Shown one piece after another: positions 31,271 through 41,787 of a stretch of 64,000 nt of DNA. The notes beneath the pieces are model-generated. The model was not told the DNA's origin and did no database searches. It worked only from the letters and a program-made list of their open reading frames with translations. The position numbers and the translations under genes are program-made. Source of the stretch: Paramoeba atlantica (lineage: Eukaryota > Protista > Discosea); assembly GCA_977017575.1 (NCBI GenBank), contig CDRNVI010000052.1, forward strand, positions 186,001-250,000, read 5' to 3'. Numbering within the stretch: the stretch's first letter is position 1; each line of letters begins with the position of its first letter.

Positions 31271-34240
31271 ATGTCAGTACCGGAACTAATTCGTCTCTCC
31301 TGCTTAAACGACATTTGCATCCTTGTTTCCAAGGGCACAGGCGAGGCACAAACACTTCACGTTTCTAAATTACTTTTATCAGTGCTGGAAAAATGCAACA
31401 CAATTGATAGCTTTCTCACTGAAATTCGCAAACTCGACGAAGATTTTCCTGAATCAATTTTGGAAAATGTTTATGCGCTGGCCAAGCCTCGTTTACAGCT
31501 CTGTTCTACTGTAGAAGATGACATCACAACGCTCATGTTACCAAATAAGAACACAGACAAAATATCCTATGACACGTTACTTAATAATTTGATTTATGCT
31601 GATATAAAAGTGTTGGAAACTCTTAGTTTGGATGGCCAAGGAGAGCACAATCCATTTTCGGCATTAAAAGAACTTTCCGAACGCGAAGAAAAGCTACTGT
31701 TTCCTATCCGCTCAGAGTTTAAGACTTCCGAAGAGAATCAATTCGTCCTACAACAAATACGAAAAACAGATTCAACTCAAAATTTATTTTCGGATTCTCT
31801 TCTTCCAGCAAAAGAAGCTAGAGCAGTGGCATCTGATTTCAACGCCGAAATGGAGGAACAAGAAATCAAAATAAGCATACAATTACCGAAGTTTCTTCAC
31901 TCTGAAATGTCCGAAGAAAGTTCTTACTCAGACTTCCTTCCTCACCATTCTTCTCTTCTGAACGAAAACTCTTCTGGCAATTTATCTTCTTTGATCGACT
32001 CTCAACGCAACATTTATAAAGAAAAACGTGAAATACGAAGCGCTGACCAACGAGAAAATACTGAATCAAATTTTCTAACTCTTTCCGAAACCGAGGCTCC
32101 AAAAATAACCAGCAGTGCTGCACATCAGAACGCCAACCTTTCTCTAGAATCCCAACGACAATCCCTCAAAATTTACGACCTCAAACACGAACTGCTCGAC
32201 GCTGTTGCGAGGAATAAAGTCCTCATTCTTATCGGAGAAACCGGAAGCGGAAAGACCACGCAACTCACACAATACTTAGCCGAGTCCGGATACACCACAC
32301 CCCAGCAACCTAAAACATCCCAAGAAGACACGGAACAAAAGTCTTCTTCAGCGACCCCTCACCTCTCAAAGCGTATCATCGGTTGCACCCAACCTCGACG
32401 ACTTCCCACACGTAGTGTTGCGGAACGCGTCGCATTGGAGTACGGCTGTGCGCTCGGGGAAGATGTTGGCTACGCAGTTCGCTTTGAAGACGTCACCTCC
32501 GAGAACCGCACGGTCATTAAATACATGACAGATGGTATTCTGCTCCGTGAGGCGCTGTCCGATCCGACGTTTTCGAAATATAGTGTCATTATCCTGGACG
32601 AGGCCCACGAACGCAATATCAACACCGATGTGCTGCTTGGTCTGCTAAAACAGGCGCAAGAGTTGCAGTCGTTTAAGCTTATTATCACAAGCGCCACCAT
32701 GAATGTCGGAAAGTTTTCTCAGTTTTTTAATGACGCAGAGGTTTTTCGCATCACTGGAAGGTCTTATCCGGTTGAACTGGTGTATTTAAAAGACCCCATT
32801 CCCGCCTCTGCGTCGTATGTCTTCGAAGCCGTTAAACAAGTCATGTCGATTCATCTCAACGAGGAGTCCGGAGACGTGCTTCTGTTTCTCCCGGGCAAGG
32901 AAGAAATTGAAGACGCCGCGGAACGACTTCGAAATTGGTCCCAAACGCTTCCCCCCTCTTTTTTGCAAATGCAACTACACTCCATTTACGCTTCGCTCCC
33001 TTCTGAAATCCAATCAAGGGTTTTTTCCTCGACCCCCGAAGGGACACGAAAAATTGTGATATCAACCAATCTTGCGGAGACGAGTGTCACGATCGACGGG
33101 ATACGGTACGTCGTAGACTGTGGCGTGTTCAAACAAAAAGTGTTCCACCCAAGTTCTGGGATAGAGGTTCTTCGTGTGTCTCCGATCAGTCAGGCGCAGG
33201 CTAACCAACGCGCAGGACGCTCCGGACGAACGGCTCCCGGGAAATGTTTCCGCATGTACACTGAGGAGACATTTGCTCATGAAATGTTACCTGAGAGTGT
33301 TCCAGAGATACAGCGTAGCAATCTGTGTCACGTTGTGCTTACGATGAAGGCTGCCGGGGTGATTGACGTGCTCGGATTTCAATTTCTAGATCCTCCCGCA
33401 CGGGTCTTGCTGATTGATGCACTTCATAAGTTGTACTTGCTGGGTGCATTAGACACGGATGGACTTCTCACACCATTGGGTCGCCGGATGTCGGAATATC
33501 CGCTCGATCCCTCATTAAGCGTTGTGTTGCTTGCCTCTCATGCCTTGGACTGTGCAAGCGAGGCCCTTACCATACTTTCTCTGTTGAACTCCGATGAGCT
33601 ATTTTATCGTCCAAAAGCACGTGCAGCCGAGGCTGATGCATGTCACTTACGGTTTCATCGCCCAGATGGAGATCATTTGACAATGTTACGCATATACAAT
33701 TTGTGGAGCTCTAGAAACTATGATAGGTCATGGTGTCGTTCGAACTTTTTGAACTATCGATCTCTGATGTATGCCAAAGACGTGCGCGGTGAGCTTTCCC
33801 GCATGATGCAACGTCAAGGATTGGAAATACAAGACGTAAATAACAACGAAATTAGCGAATCTCTCTCCAGGCGGATACGACAGGCTTTTACGGCAGGTTT
33901 TTTTATGAGCGTCGCCCGAAAAACACCTGAAGGCTATAAAAAATTGCAAGATCGTGAAGTGGTCCGTGTTTTTCCCAGTAGTTCAATGATGAACTCTTCT
34001 TCCCCCTGGGTGCTATATCACTCGTCGACCCTAACTTCACACGAGTATATTCGCATTGTTAGTCCTATCCATCCTCAGTGGTTGTTGGCTGCCGCTCCCG
34101 GATACTATTGCGAAATTACTTCTGAAGAGTTATTGGGAATTCGAAAGGATGAACGTCTAGATCCCTTATTCGGTAGAAATCGTGCACCTGATGATTGGAG
34201 GTTTTCTCGGCACTACCGAAAATACAGGAAACACAGATGA
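31271..34240 (+). CDS. PRP22: DEAH-box splicing helicase PRP22/DHX8
   Basis: GETGSGKT, DEAHER, SAT, STNLAETS, QRAGRSGR, HA2/OB regions, PRP22-type C-terminus RLDPLF.....DDWRFSR, and PRP22-like N-terminal helical region. Confidence 0.9.
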   Translation: MSVPELIRLSCLNDICILVSKGTGEAQTLHVSKLLLSVLEKCNTIDSFLTEIRKLDEDFPESILENVYALAKPRLQLCSTVEDDITTLMLPNKNTDKISYDTLLNNLIYADIKVLETLSLDGQGEHNPFSALKELSEREEKLLFPIRSEFKTSEENQFVLQQIRKTDSTQNLFSDSLLPAKEARAVASDFNAEMEEQEIKISIQLPKFLHSEMSEESSYSDFLPHHSSLLNENSSGNLSSLIDSQRNIYKEKREIRSADQRENTESNFLTLSETEAPKITSSAAHQNANLSLESQRQSLKIYDLKHELLDAVARNKVLILIGETGSGKTTQLTQYLAESGYTTPQQPKTSQEDTEQKSSSATPHLSKRIIGCTQPRRLPTRSVAERVALEYGCALGEDVGYAVRFEDVTSENRTVIKYMTDGILLREALSDPTFSKYSVIILDEAHERNINTDVLLGLLKQAQELQSFKLIITSATMNVGKFSQFFNDAEVFRITGRSYPVELVYLKDPIPASASYVFEAVKQVMSIHLNEESGDVLLFLPGKEEIEDAAERLRNWSQTLPPSFLQMQLHSIYASLPSEIQSRVFSSTPEGTRKIVISTNLAETSVTIDGIRYVVDCGVFKQKVFHPSSGIEVLRVSPISQAQANQRAGRSGRTAPGKCFRMYTEETFAHEMLPESVPEIQRSNLCHVVLTMKAAGVIDVLGFQFLDPPARVLLIDALHKLYLLGALDTDGLLTPLGRRMSEYPLDPSLSVVLLASHALDCASEALTILSLLNSDELFYRPKARAAEADACHLRFHRPDGDHLTMLRIYNLWSSRNYDRSWCRSNFLNYRSLMYAKDVRGELSRMMQRQGLEIQDVNNNEISESLSRRIRQAFTAGFFMSVARKTPEGYKKLQDREVVRVFPSSSMMNSSSPWVLYHSSTLTSHEYIRIVSPIHPQWLLAAAPGYYCEITSEELLGIRKDERLDPLFGRNRAPDDWRFSRHYRKYRKHR

Positions 34241-34499
34241 GGAGTTCATGTTTTTTTGTACACGTCCTTTTACTTGTGTTTCTCTATCATTTCACAAATT
34301 TTCGTATAAAAGAGGCTTACCAGTACCTCTTATTTCCTATTGTAAGTTACAGTAACTTCCACTTTAATGGAGGTTCACACGCCATGTTTCAATCTAAACT
34401 ACCTTAACCTACATGCATTCCAACGGACTTTCTTTCATACCCACCCTACACGAACACTATTTTCCTACACCCTATCTCTTCCCCCACCACACCCCCTCC

Positions 34500-36221
34500 A
34501 TGCACCGCCTTTCCCGTTTTCGCTACGGTTTCTCTACCACCACGAGCCAACAACCCTCTCCAACAACCCTCTCCAAAACCCTCTACCCCCTTCAACCCCC
34601 CACCACCCCCTCCTCCACCACCCCCTCCTCCTCCTTTTCTATCCTCTCCCTTTCCATCTCCCCCCTTATCCCCTCCACCCTCTCCCACCCTCTCTCCCCT
34701 ATCCCCCCCACCATCCCTTCCCCCACCATCTCTTCCCCCGCCTGCCTCTTCCCCCCCTCCCCCCTCCTGCTCTCCCCTCACCGTGCCTTCACCACCTCCC
34801 CCTCCCCTTCCTCTCTCCTCTCCGGGGGCCTCTCCGCGCGCTCCGTCGCCTCCGAGGCCGCGCGCATGAAGTCCGCCCACACCGCCTCCCCCTCCCCCGC
34901 GCTCGCGCAGCAAGCCCGGCGCCTGCTGCTCTCCGCGGCCCTGGACGTCGGTCCCCAGATCGAGGGCCGGGAGGTCAGCGCGATTCTCAGTGCCGCGACC
35001 TACTTTGGCCTCGGCAACGACTGCGGGGTGGTGCGGCAGGCGGTGGTGTGGTGTAAGAAGTTTGAACGGGAGATCATGCCCGAGAGTATGGGGCCGGTGG
35101 TGATGGCGTGTGCGGCGCTCGGGGATACGGTGAGTATGGAGGTGGTGTCGATGTTGAGTATCCGTGCGATGCGAATGTCGCGGTATTTGGATAGTAAGGC
35201 GGTGACGCATTTGATTGCGGCATTTGCCGAGGCGGGGGTGTTTCAGGATAAGTTAGCGTTGTATATGACACGGCGGTTTGTGACGTTGGGGAAAATTGGG
35301 GAGTTTAATGCGAAGCAGTTGGTGGTAATTATTGGTGGCTTGGCGAAGTCGCGGTACCATAATATTCACATTCGCAACGTGATTAGCCGCCGGATATCGT
35401 ACCTCCGAGAGCAGTTTAAAGTGACCGAACTTGTGCCGCTTGTGGTTGGCATTGCTCGTCTGCGCATCAAAGAGGAAAAAATTATCAAAAAACTTGCTGC
35501 TAAATCAGTCGAAATAGCAGACCACATGACCTCGACACACGTTTGTACTCTTTTTCAAGCGTTTGCATATTTTGGCGTAAAGTACGATCAACTATTTGGT
35601 GTGCTCACAAACCGTGCTGTCGAGCTTATGGACGAGTTTACGGCCAAACATGTCTCTTTGACTTTGGCATCTTTTCAAAAAATTAGCATTTCAAATCCTG
35701 AACTATTTGATAATTTGGCGGAGCGAGCGATGTCTGTCATGCAAGATCACGACGCTGCAGACGTTACGCATATATTGAACTCTTTAGTCCATTTCAGTAT
35801 TACTGATGAAGAACTTTTGCGTCGACTCGCCGAGCAAAGCATTTCTACAATTGATTGCTTTAACCCACTTCAGCTCACTTCTTCACTTTATGCATTGGCA
35901 AAATTAAATTATCGACATGACGAATATCTCCGCGTTTTCGGTATCAAGATTCTCAATTTTTGTAGCATGATGAATTCTGATCAATTGCGCCGCATCTTGT
36001 GGGCTTTCGCAAAACTTGAATTTAAAGATAACCAAAAACTTATTCGCATCTTACTCAACAAGGCTTACGCGCTACATTTCGAGTTCTTTCAGAAATCTGA
36101 AAACGCAGAAGAAGTAGAAGAAATTTTTGATGCATTTGGACGTGAATCTTGTCCAGAGCTCTATGATATGTATATCAGTCGAGGTACAGGTTCTGAGGAA
36201 ACTCATAAACCCTCCCAGTAG
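34500..36221 (+). CDS. Probable mitochondrial helical-repeat (HPR/FASTK-like) RNA-binding protein
   Basis: Arg/Ser-rich transit-like start MHRLSRFRYGFSTT; ~37-aa repeats such as ELFDNLAERAMSVMQDHDAADVTHILNSLVHF. Confidence 0.7.
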   Translation: MHRLSRFRYGFSTTTSQQPSPTTLSKTLYPLQPPTTPSSTTPSSSFSILSLSISPLIPSTLSHPLSPIPPTIPSPTISSPACLFPPSPLLLSPHRAFTTSPSPSSLLSGGLSARSVASEAARMKSAHTASPSPALAQQARRLLLSAALDVGPQIEGREVSAILSAATYFGLGNDCGVVRQAVVWCKKFEREIMPESMGPVVMACAALGDTVSMEVVSMLSIRAMRMSRYLDSKAVTHLIAAFAEAGVFQDKLALYMTRRFVTLGKIGEFNAKQLVVIIGGLAKSRYHNIHIRNVISRRISYLREQFKVTELVPLVVGIARLRIKEEKIIKKLAAKSVEIADHMTSTHVCTLFQAFAYFGVKYDQLFGVLTNRAVELMDEFTAKHVSLTLASFQKISISNPELFDNLAERAMSVMQDHDAADVTHILNSLVHFSITDEELLRRLAEQSISTIDCFNPLQLTSSLYALAKLNYRHDEYLRVFGIKILNFCSMMNSDQLRRILWAFAKLEFKDNQKLIRILLNKAYALHFEFFQKSENAEEVEEIFDAFGRESCPELYDMYISRGTGSEETHKPSQ

Positions 36222-37161
36222 AAATAAAGAGTTAACAAATTCATACCGATTGTTCTTTGACGCAAGACGTTAAACTAGAATTTTCGTATTGAATTTTTTT
36301 CAGTATAGAGCCCTCGGTCCAATTAATGCTAACTCCCCCCTGCGCGCATTACTTACTGTGAAAACATTAATTACATACCCCTGCCGGGTAAATGGGTAAT
36401 TACCCGGGTAATTTACCCGTTTACCCGCATTTACCCGCCTCACCAGAATTTAGTCCAGCATGCTATTGAATGTCTGTTTTTTATTAAAATATTTTGTTCT
36501 CTGATGTCGTTCGGTTACACGTTTGTACACACTTAATGCTGTTTAGTTTTCACTTCTCAACCCTTCTCCTTTGCTACAACTTGTCTAAAGAATCACTTCA
36601 ACTCCTATGACCCGACGCCGAAAGTCTTTTACCCGGCGGGAGACCACACCCGATTTATCCTCCTCAACAGAGTCACAAGGTGACTCTCCAAAAGAATTTC
36701 GCCTTTCACAGGAGAATCGCTATAAAATGAAGGCTTTCCCCAGTCACTTCGCGTTAACCCGGTGGCCCCCTGATTGCTCACACCCCCATGAGGATATCCT
36801 AACGGACCTTCTTCATCAGAAGGGTCATTTTGAGTGCACTAAGGAATGATGTGCATTCTCTTCGCACTGCCGCTTCAGAAATGTATATCACAAGCGCCGA
36901 CGAGAGTGTCACGAAGGGAGGGAGCGGGCTAGAGAATCTGAGGAGGAAATGTCACAACGATTTTCCTACTACCTTATACCTCCCAGTAAGAGATCCCCCA
37001 GTAAGAGAGATTTGTCTCGGGCGCCTCCACAGGAGGCGTATATGTCGTAGGGGGTGGGTGTCCGCACGTCGGGGGCCTTCGGGGGTTTTCAGTAGAAGAA
37101 ATAGAACAATTTGTCGAAACCGTTGCGGTAAAAGAGGAATTTTGAATGCGTTTGTAAAACC

Positions 37162-37216
37162 CCTTTGTCCAAGAGTGGGTGATCTGAATCAAAAATCACC
37201 CACTCTTGGACAAAGG
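37162..37216. repeat. Perfect 22-bp inverted repeat with 11-nt loop; second imperfect hairpin at 37230-37261
   Basis: CCTTTGTCCAAGAGTGGGTGAT / ATCACCCACTCTTGGACAAAGG. Confidence 0.9.
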
Positions 37217-37280
37217 CGGTAAAAATCATCCACTACTGGCAAAAACGTTTGCCACTAGTGGGTGTACCCCCCCTTTAAAA

Positions 37281-38285
37281 CTAATATGTATGACCCCCTC
37301 TCGCACCAATCACTGCTCTCATACGGCGAGGCATGCTGCTCACCGTAGACGCGCATAGGGCACTGGGAAGTGCGTCCCACACAACTTTGGCCCGGCCCCA
37401 AAGCTCGATCATTCCCTCTGTGTCCTTCTTATAGGCAGAGAGACGCCGTTTTGAGTGGCCCCACATGTTCTCAATAGGATTGAGATCTGGGGATTGCGGG
37501 GGCCACTTCAAAACCACATAGCTGTGGCTCGCCAACCACTCTTTGGCAAGCTTGCTTGTGTGTTTGGGGTCGTTGTCTTGTTGAAACAAGACCTCGTCGG
37601 GATCTAGCCCCACTTGCTCAATGGAGGGGGCAAGATTCTGATCCAGAATTTCAACGTACTGATGGGCGTTCAAATTGCCCTCAATCAAACGTATCTTGCC
37701 CACCCCTGCGTGCGCAATGCACGCCCATACCATCAAACTCCCGCCCCCATATTTCACCGTCCCTTCCGTGTTCCGGGAGTCGGGCTTTTCATTCACCCGA
37801 AGCCACACCCAGCGTCTCCCATCCCAACCGAAACGGTTTACTTTGGTTTCGTCCGTCCAAAGTACCCGCTTCCAGTCTTGGATGGTCCAATGCTGGTGCG
37901 CAATTGCAAAGTCTAACCTTTGACGTTTATGGGAGGCCGTGAGTCGTGGCTTCCTTTGCCTGCGCCTCCCGTGGAGACCCTCTTCTCGGAGGTGGAATCG
38001 TACCGTGTGGGTGCTCACATGAGTAACTTCATGGATTTTGAGGTGCTTAGCCACACCTACAGCTGTATCTTCCCGGCCGCTTTGGATGAGGCGGCGCATT
38101 TCACGGGCGCACGTCTCGGTGACCTTACGCGGCCTCCCCCGCTCTGGGTGCGTTACATCTGGACGATGCCGCTCCCGAACCCGACTTACCGTGGACCTGC
38201 TAACGTCCAGTTTGGAGGTGATTTCAAAGATAATCACTCAACAAAATATTTTTTCATAAGATTGAGACATTTTTTAACGTCACTG
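37281..38285 (-). mobile_element. Tc1-family transposon (DD34E-type transposase), 3' TIR missing
   Basis: WTDETK, QQDNDPKH, WPPQSPDLNPIENMW. In-frame ATG at 38270 is followed by TGA at codon 11. CAGTG-type terminus at 38285 with no matching left TIR. Confidence 0.9.
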
Positions 38286-38393
38286 CATATAAATGCAAAT
38301 GTTTAATATTAATAAAAATTTATTAGAAGAGGAGTACTGCATTTCTCTAATCATTGCTTTGCTGTGGGCTCTGCCCTCTGTCTTGTTACTCTT

Positions 38394-39520
38394 ATTGCGG
38401 TGGTTGTAAAACTACCGCTCTACCCTCGATTATTGAAAAAAAGGTGAACAAAAACAGTGAAAATATAAAGAGGAACATATTAATAAAGGAAAAAAATATA
38501 AAATGGGGCTCCGGTGGTCCAAAATTGAAAAAAATGGGGCTTCCAGGGGGCGGGGGTCCAGGGGGGGTCTTGGCGCGCATTTTCCACCCCCCTACCCGGG
38601 GGTGGCCCCCCTCGCGTATCCGCAGGACGGGTCCGCCAAGTTCAGATTTTTTCGGAAGAAACATTTGAAAAAAAATTCAACTTGGCGAAACAAATGGCAA
38701 AAAAAAATCCAAAATCGCTTCCCCTATTCTATTTTGATAGTTTGGGACCTACACTAGCTTTCTCCGCAGTTGTTTTCGCAAAACTACCGCCGCGTTTAAC
38801 GAAGAGCCTAAAAAAGAAAATTTATCCTGGAAAACGGAAAGATTATAGCCTAAAATAGCCGAATTTCGGGTAAAAATGGGGTGATTTTCGCGTATTTTTG
38901 CTGTCAGATCACTAAATCCGACATTTGCGCGTGGGAAATCACTCGTAGGCATGAATGGAAGCCTACCGAACGTATTGGGTAGAGAATGCGACTCCAACCA
39001 TGCCATTCTTTCGACACAAAAATGCCCCTTTAGGTCCGAAAAATACTTTTTCACCTTTTTTAGTCAAACATGGGTCATTTTGAGGGGCGCACCACGGTTC
39101 GAAGGGATACCTTGCGAAAACAACTGCGGAGAAAGCTAGTGTAGGTCCCAAACTATCAAAATACAATAGGAGAATATTTTTTTTGTCATTTTTTTCGCCA
39201 AGTTGAACTTTTTTTCAAAAACAATTTTCCGAAAAAATCCGAACTTGGCGGACCCGTCCTGCGGATACGCAGGGGGGTCACCCCCGGGTAGGGGGATGGA
39301 AAATGCGCGCCAAGACCCCGGCTACCCTTTCTGCGGTTTTTTTTCGAAAACTTATTTTTTCGAAAAAATTTGCTCGACCATGACCCCCCTGGACCCCCCC
39401 TGGATCCCCCCATGGACCCCCCCCATGGACCCCCCATTTTTTTCAATTTTTTTTTTCAGTTTTGGACCACCGGAGCCCCCTTTTATATTTTTTTCTTCTA
39501 TTATATTACTGTGTTCCCCT
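38394..39520. repeat. Large fold-back: ~400-bp inverted arms around a ~320-bp spacer
   Basis: 38394-38789 is the reverse complement of about 39110-39520 (with one insertion). The spacer recurs at 53460-53640 and inverted at 55640-55880. Confidence 0.8.
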
Positions 39521-39907
39521 TTATATTTTCTTTTTGCCGCGGCGACGACGACTTCCTCGCGTGGAAAGCTGTAAAGCGCCATAGGGAACATGTTCGGATG
39601 GCTATGTAATCCAGGATAAAGTGGACGAGGGTGATACTAAAGGCACCTTTGGAAAACCACCTCGAAACTGGAACGGTATCTCCCGGTTTGTAGAGCATTC
39701 TGATGTGGCAAAAGGGTCTTTAACGGGTGATACCGTTCCAGTTTCGAGGTGGTTTTCCAAAGGTGCCTTTAGTATCTCCCTCGTCCACTTTATCCTGGAT
39801 TACATAGCCATCCGAACATGTTCCCTATGGCGCTTTACAGCTTTCCACGCGAGGAAGTCGTCGTCGCCGCGGCAAAAAGAAAATATAAAGGGGAACACAG
39901 TAATATA
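39500..39907. repeat. Palindrome family P, copy P1 (~185-bp arms, ~38-nt loop)
   Basis: Arms near-identical by eye (two mismatches in the inner ~105 bp); loop GTTTGTAGAGCATTCTGATGTGGCAAAAGGGTCTTTAA. Confidence 0.9.
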
Positions 39908-40016
39908 ACAGTATATCAGTAATAACAAGTCAGAAGTTTCAAAGACAATTTAATAAATTTTATAAAATTGCGAAATTTATAAATTTTTTAAATATCGGTG
40001 ACGCACTTTTTAACGT

Positions 40017-40611
40017 ACCGGTCGAGCGGAAAATTTGGTCCACTTTTATTTGGCCCCAACAAATTTGGTCCACATAAATTTTGGTCCGACTTTATTTTTC
40101 CTTCGGCGGCGGTCCAAAATACTTTTTGACTTTATTGTCAGTCGTTTTTAAAGTTTACTAAATTTAGAACTCGTCATTAGAAATTTTTGCTTCTTTCAAT
40201 CGACACTTCGTTTTTTAGTCTTCGTGTAATGTCTCAGTCTGTTGAATGGGTGCAGAAAATCTTTGATCAAGATATTACTCTACGCACGTAGGGTCATCAC
40301 TATAACACATATAGTGAGGCTGAAGTTAGACCAATTTGAGAATTGTGTGTGACACGAAAGGTTGCAAGTGTTGTGAGCTACTGGAATAGCACGCAAAGCA
40401 AAAACAATCTAAAAGTACGGTCCTTCATTTTCTGGAAAACGAAAAATATAATAACGATATCAAGCCTCGAGGGAGGCCAAGAAAATATATCTTTTTTATT
40501 TCAATGCAGGAAAAATTTGGCCCCAACAATTTTGGTCCACATAAATATTGGTCCGACTTTTTTTTCGAGCTCGAAGGACCAAATTAAAAAAATGTCAAAT
40601 TTTTTGCTCGA
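40017..40611. mobile_element. Possible non-autonomous DNA transposon with imperfect ~20-bp TIRs
   Basis: TACCGGTCGAGCGGAAAATTT versus the reverse complement of AAATTTTTTGCTCGATCGGTA; internal repeated TTTGGTCC motifs. No clean TSD. Confidence 0.4.
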
Positions 40612-41223
40612 TCGGTAATTAAAATGTGCGTTTTTTTAATTAACGTAGCATATTAATTAACGTAACAATTAATTTTGGTAAAAAAATGGTAAAAAAATCT
40701 GTTCTACTTGGGGTCGGCCTAGAAAGGGCCATGTCTCTCTTACTGGGAGGTCTCTTACTGTTGGTTCTCCGGTATCTTTGGAAAGCATTCTCATTGATTT
40801 TTATAAACCCCGTTCCGGTTTAATGTACCTGTAGATCGCTATTGGAGCCCCTGCAACTTGGCGTCTTTTTTGGGTCCACTCGGGGTCACGGTGGGTCACT
40901 AGGGGCCGTGGTGGTCCCCTAGTGACCACTGCTACTTGTCCTTGTTGATCATTTTGTATGTATGTAATTGTTGAGGGAGATACGGAGTATCTAACTCGCT
41001 TACTAAGGTTAATTCCAAAAACTGAAAAAGATCCCCAAAGAAGCATAAGACTGAGTTTTTTCAAAATTCCAAAACGTAGCAGTAGGTCATTAGATGAACT
41101 CTTAAATACTCTAGAAATCATCTAAAACAACCTTATTTCCCAAATTTTAGAACATTTTTCGTAAACAAAAGTGCGTGTGCAAAGGTCTGCGATACGACAA
41201 ACTGGTTGACTAAGGAGCGTCCT

Positions 41224-41295
41224 TTGAGTAGTCCAGTTGGTAAAGGGGTTCCATTTTGACGCTGAACGTCCGCGGTTCGATTCCCGACATTGACA
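41224..41295 (+). pseudogene. Degenerate tRNA (Gln-like TTG anticodon loop)
   Basis: TAGTCCAGTTGG A-box, TTTTGAC loop, GGTTCGATTCCC B-box, downstream TTTT; stems do not pair. Confidence 0.45.
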
Positions 41296-41405
41296 TTTTA
41301 CTAAAAAAATCGAAAAAAAAATTATTTGCTCAAGATCGCCAAAAAAAACAAATTCGGAACAATTCTTTTTTTTCAGATTTTTTTTTCTCGTGCATACGTG
41401 TACAC

Positions 41406-41787
41406 GTGGCACTTACTCTTTCGTGGCAGTGGTGTACTGCCACGTGAGGCAGTGAACGCAGTGTAGATGCAGTGTAAGTGCACTGCCACGTGAGGCAGTG
41501 ACTGCAGTGCAGCTGCATCACGTACGTGAAAGAGTAACTGTACTGCCACGTGAGGCAGTGAACGCAGTGTAGATGCAGTGGCACGTGCGAGAGTAAGTGT
41601 ACTGCCACGTGAGGCAGTGAACGCAGTGTAGATGCAGTGGCGCGTGAGAGAGTCAGTGACTGCAGTGCAGATGCAGTATAAGTGCACTGCCACGTGAGGC
41701 AGTGACTGCAGTGCAGCTGCATCACGTACGTGAAAGAGTAAGTGTGCGGCCACGTGAGGCAGTGAACGCAGTGGTGCGTGAGAGAGT
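41406..41787. repeat. CACGTG-containing minisatellite (~59/76-bp units), left part
   Basis: Recurring ACTGCCACGTGAGGCAGTG hairpin plus GCAGTGTAGATGCAGTG; continues after the IS30 insertion. Confidence 0.85.

Noticed and set aside
37230-37261. CACTA transposon ends
   Set aside because: CACTA...TAGTG spans only 30 bp and has no 3-bp TSD.
36980-40765. Single large element bounded by inverted CCTCCCAGTAAGAGA motifs
   Set aside because: Short match with no TSD; could be independent repeat fragments.
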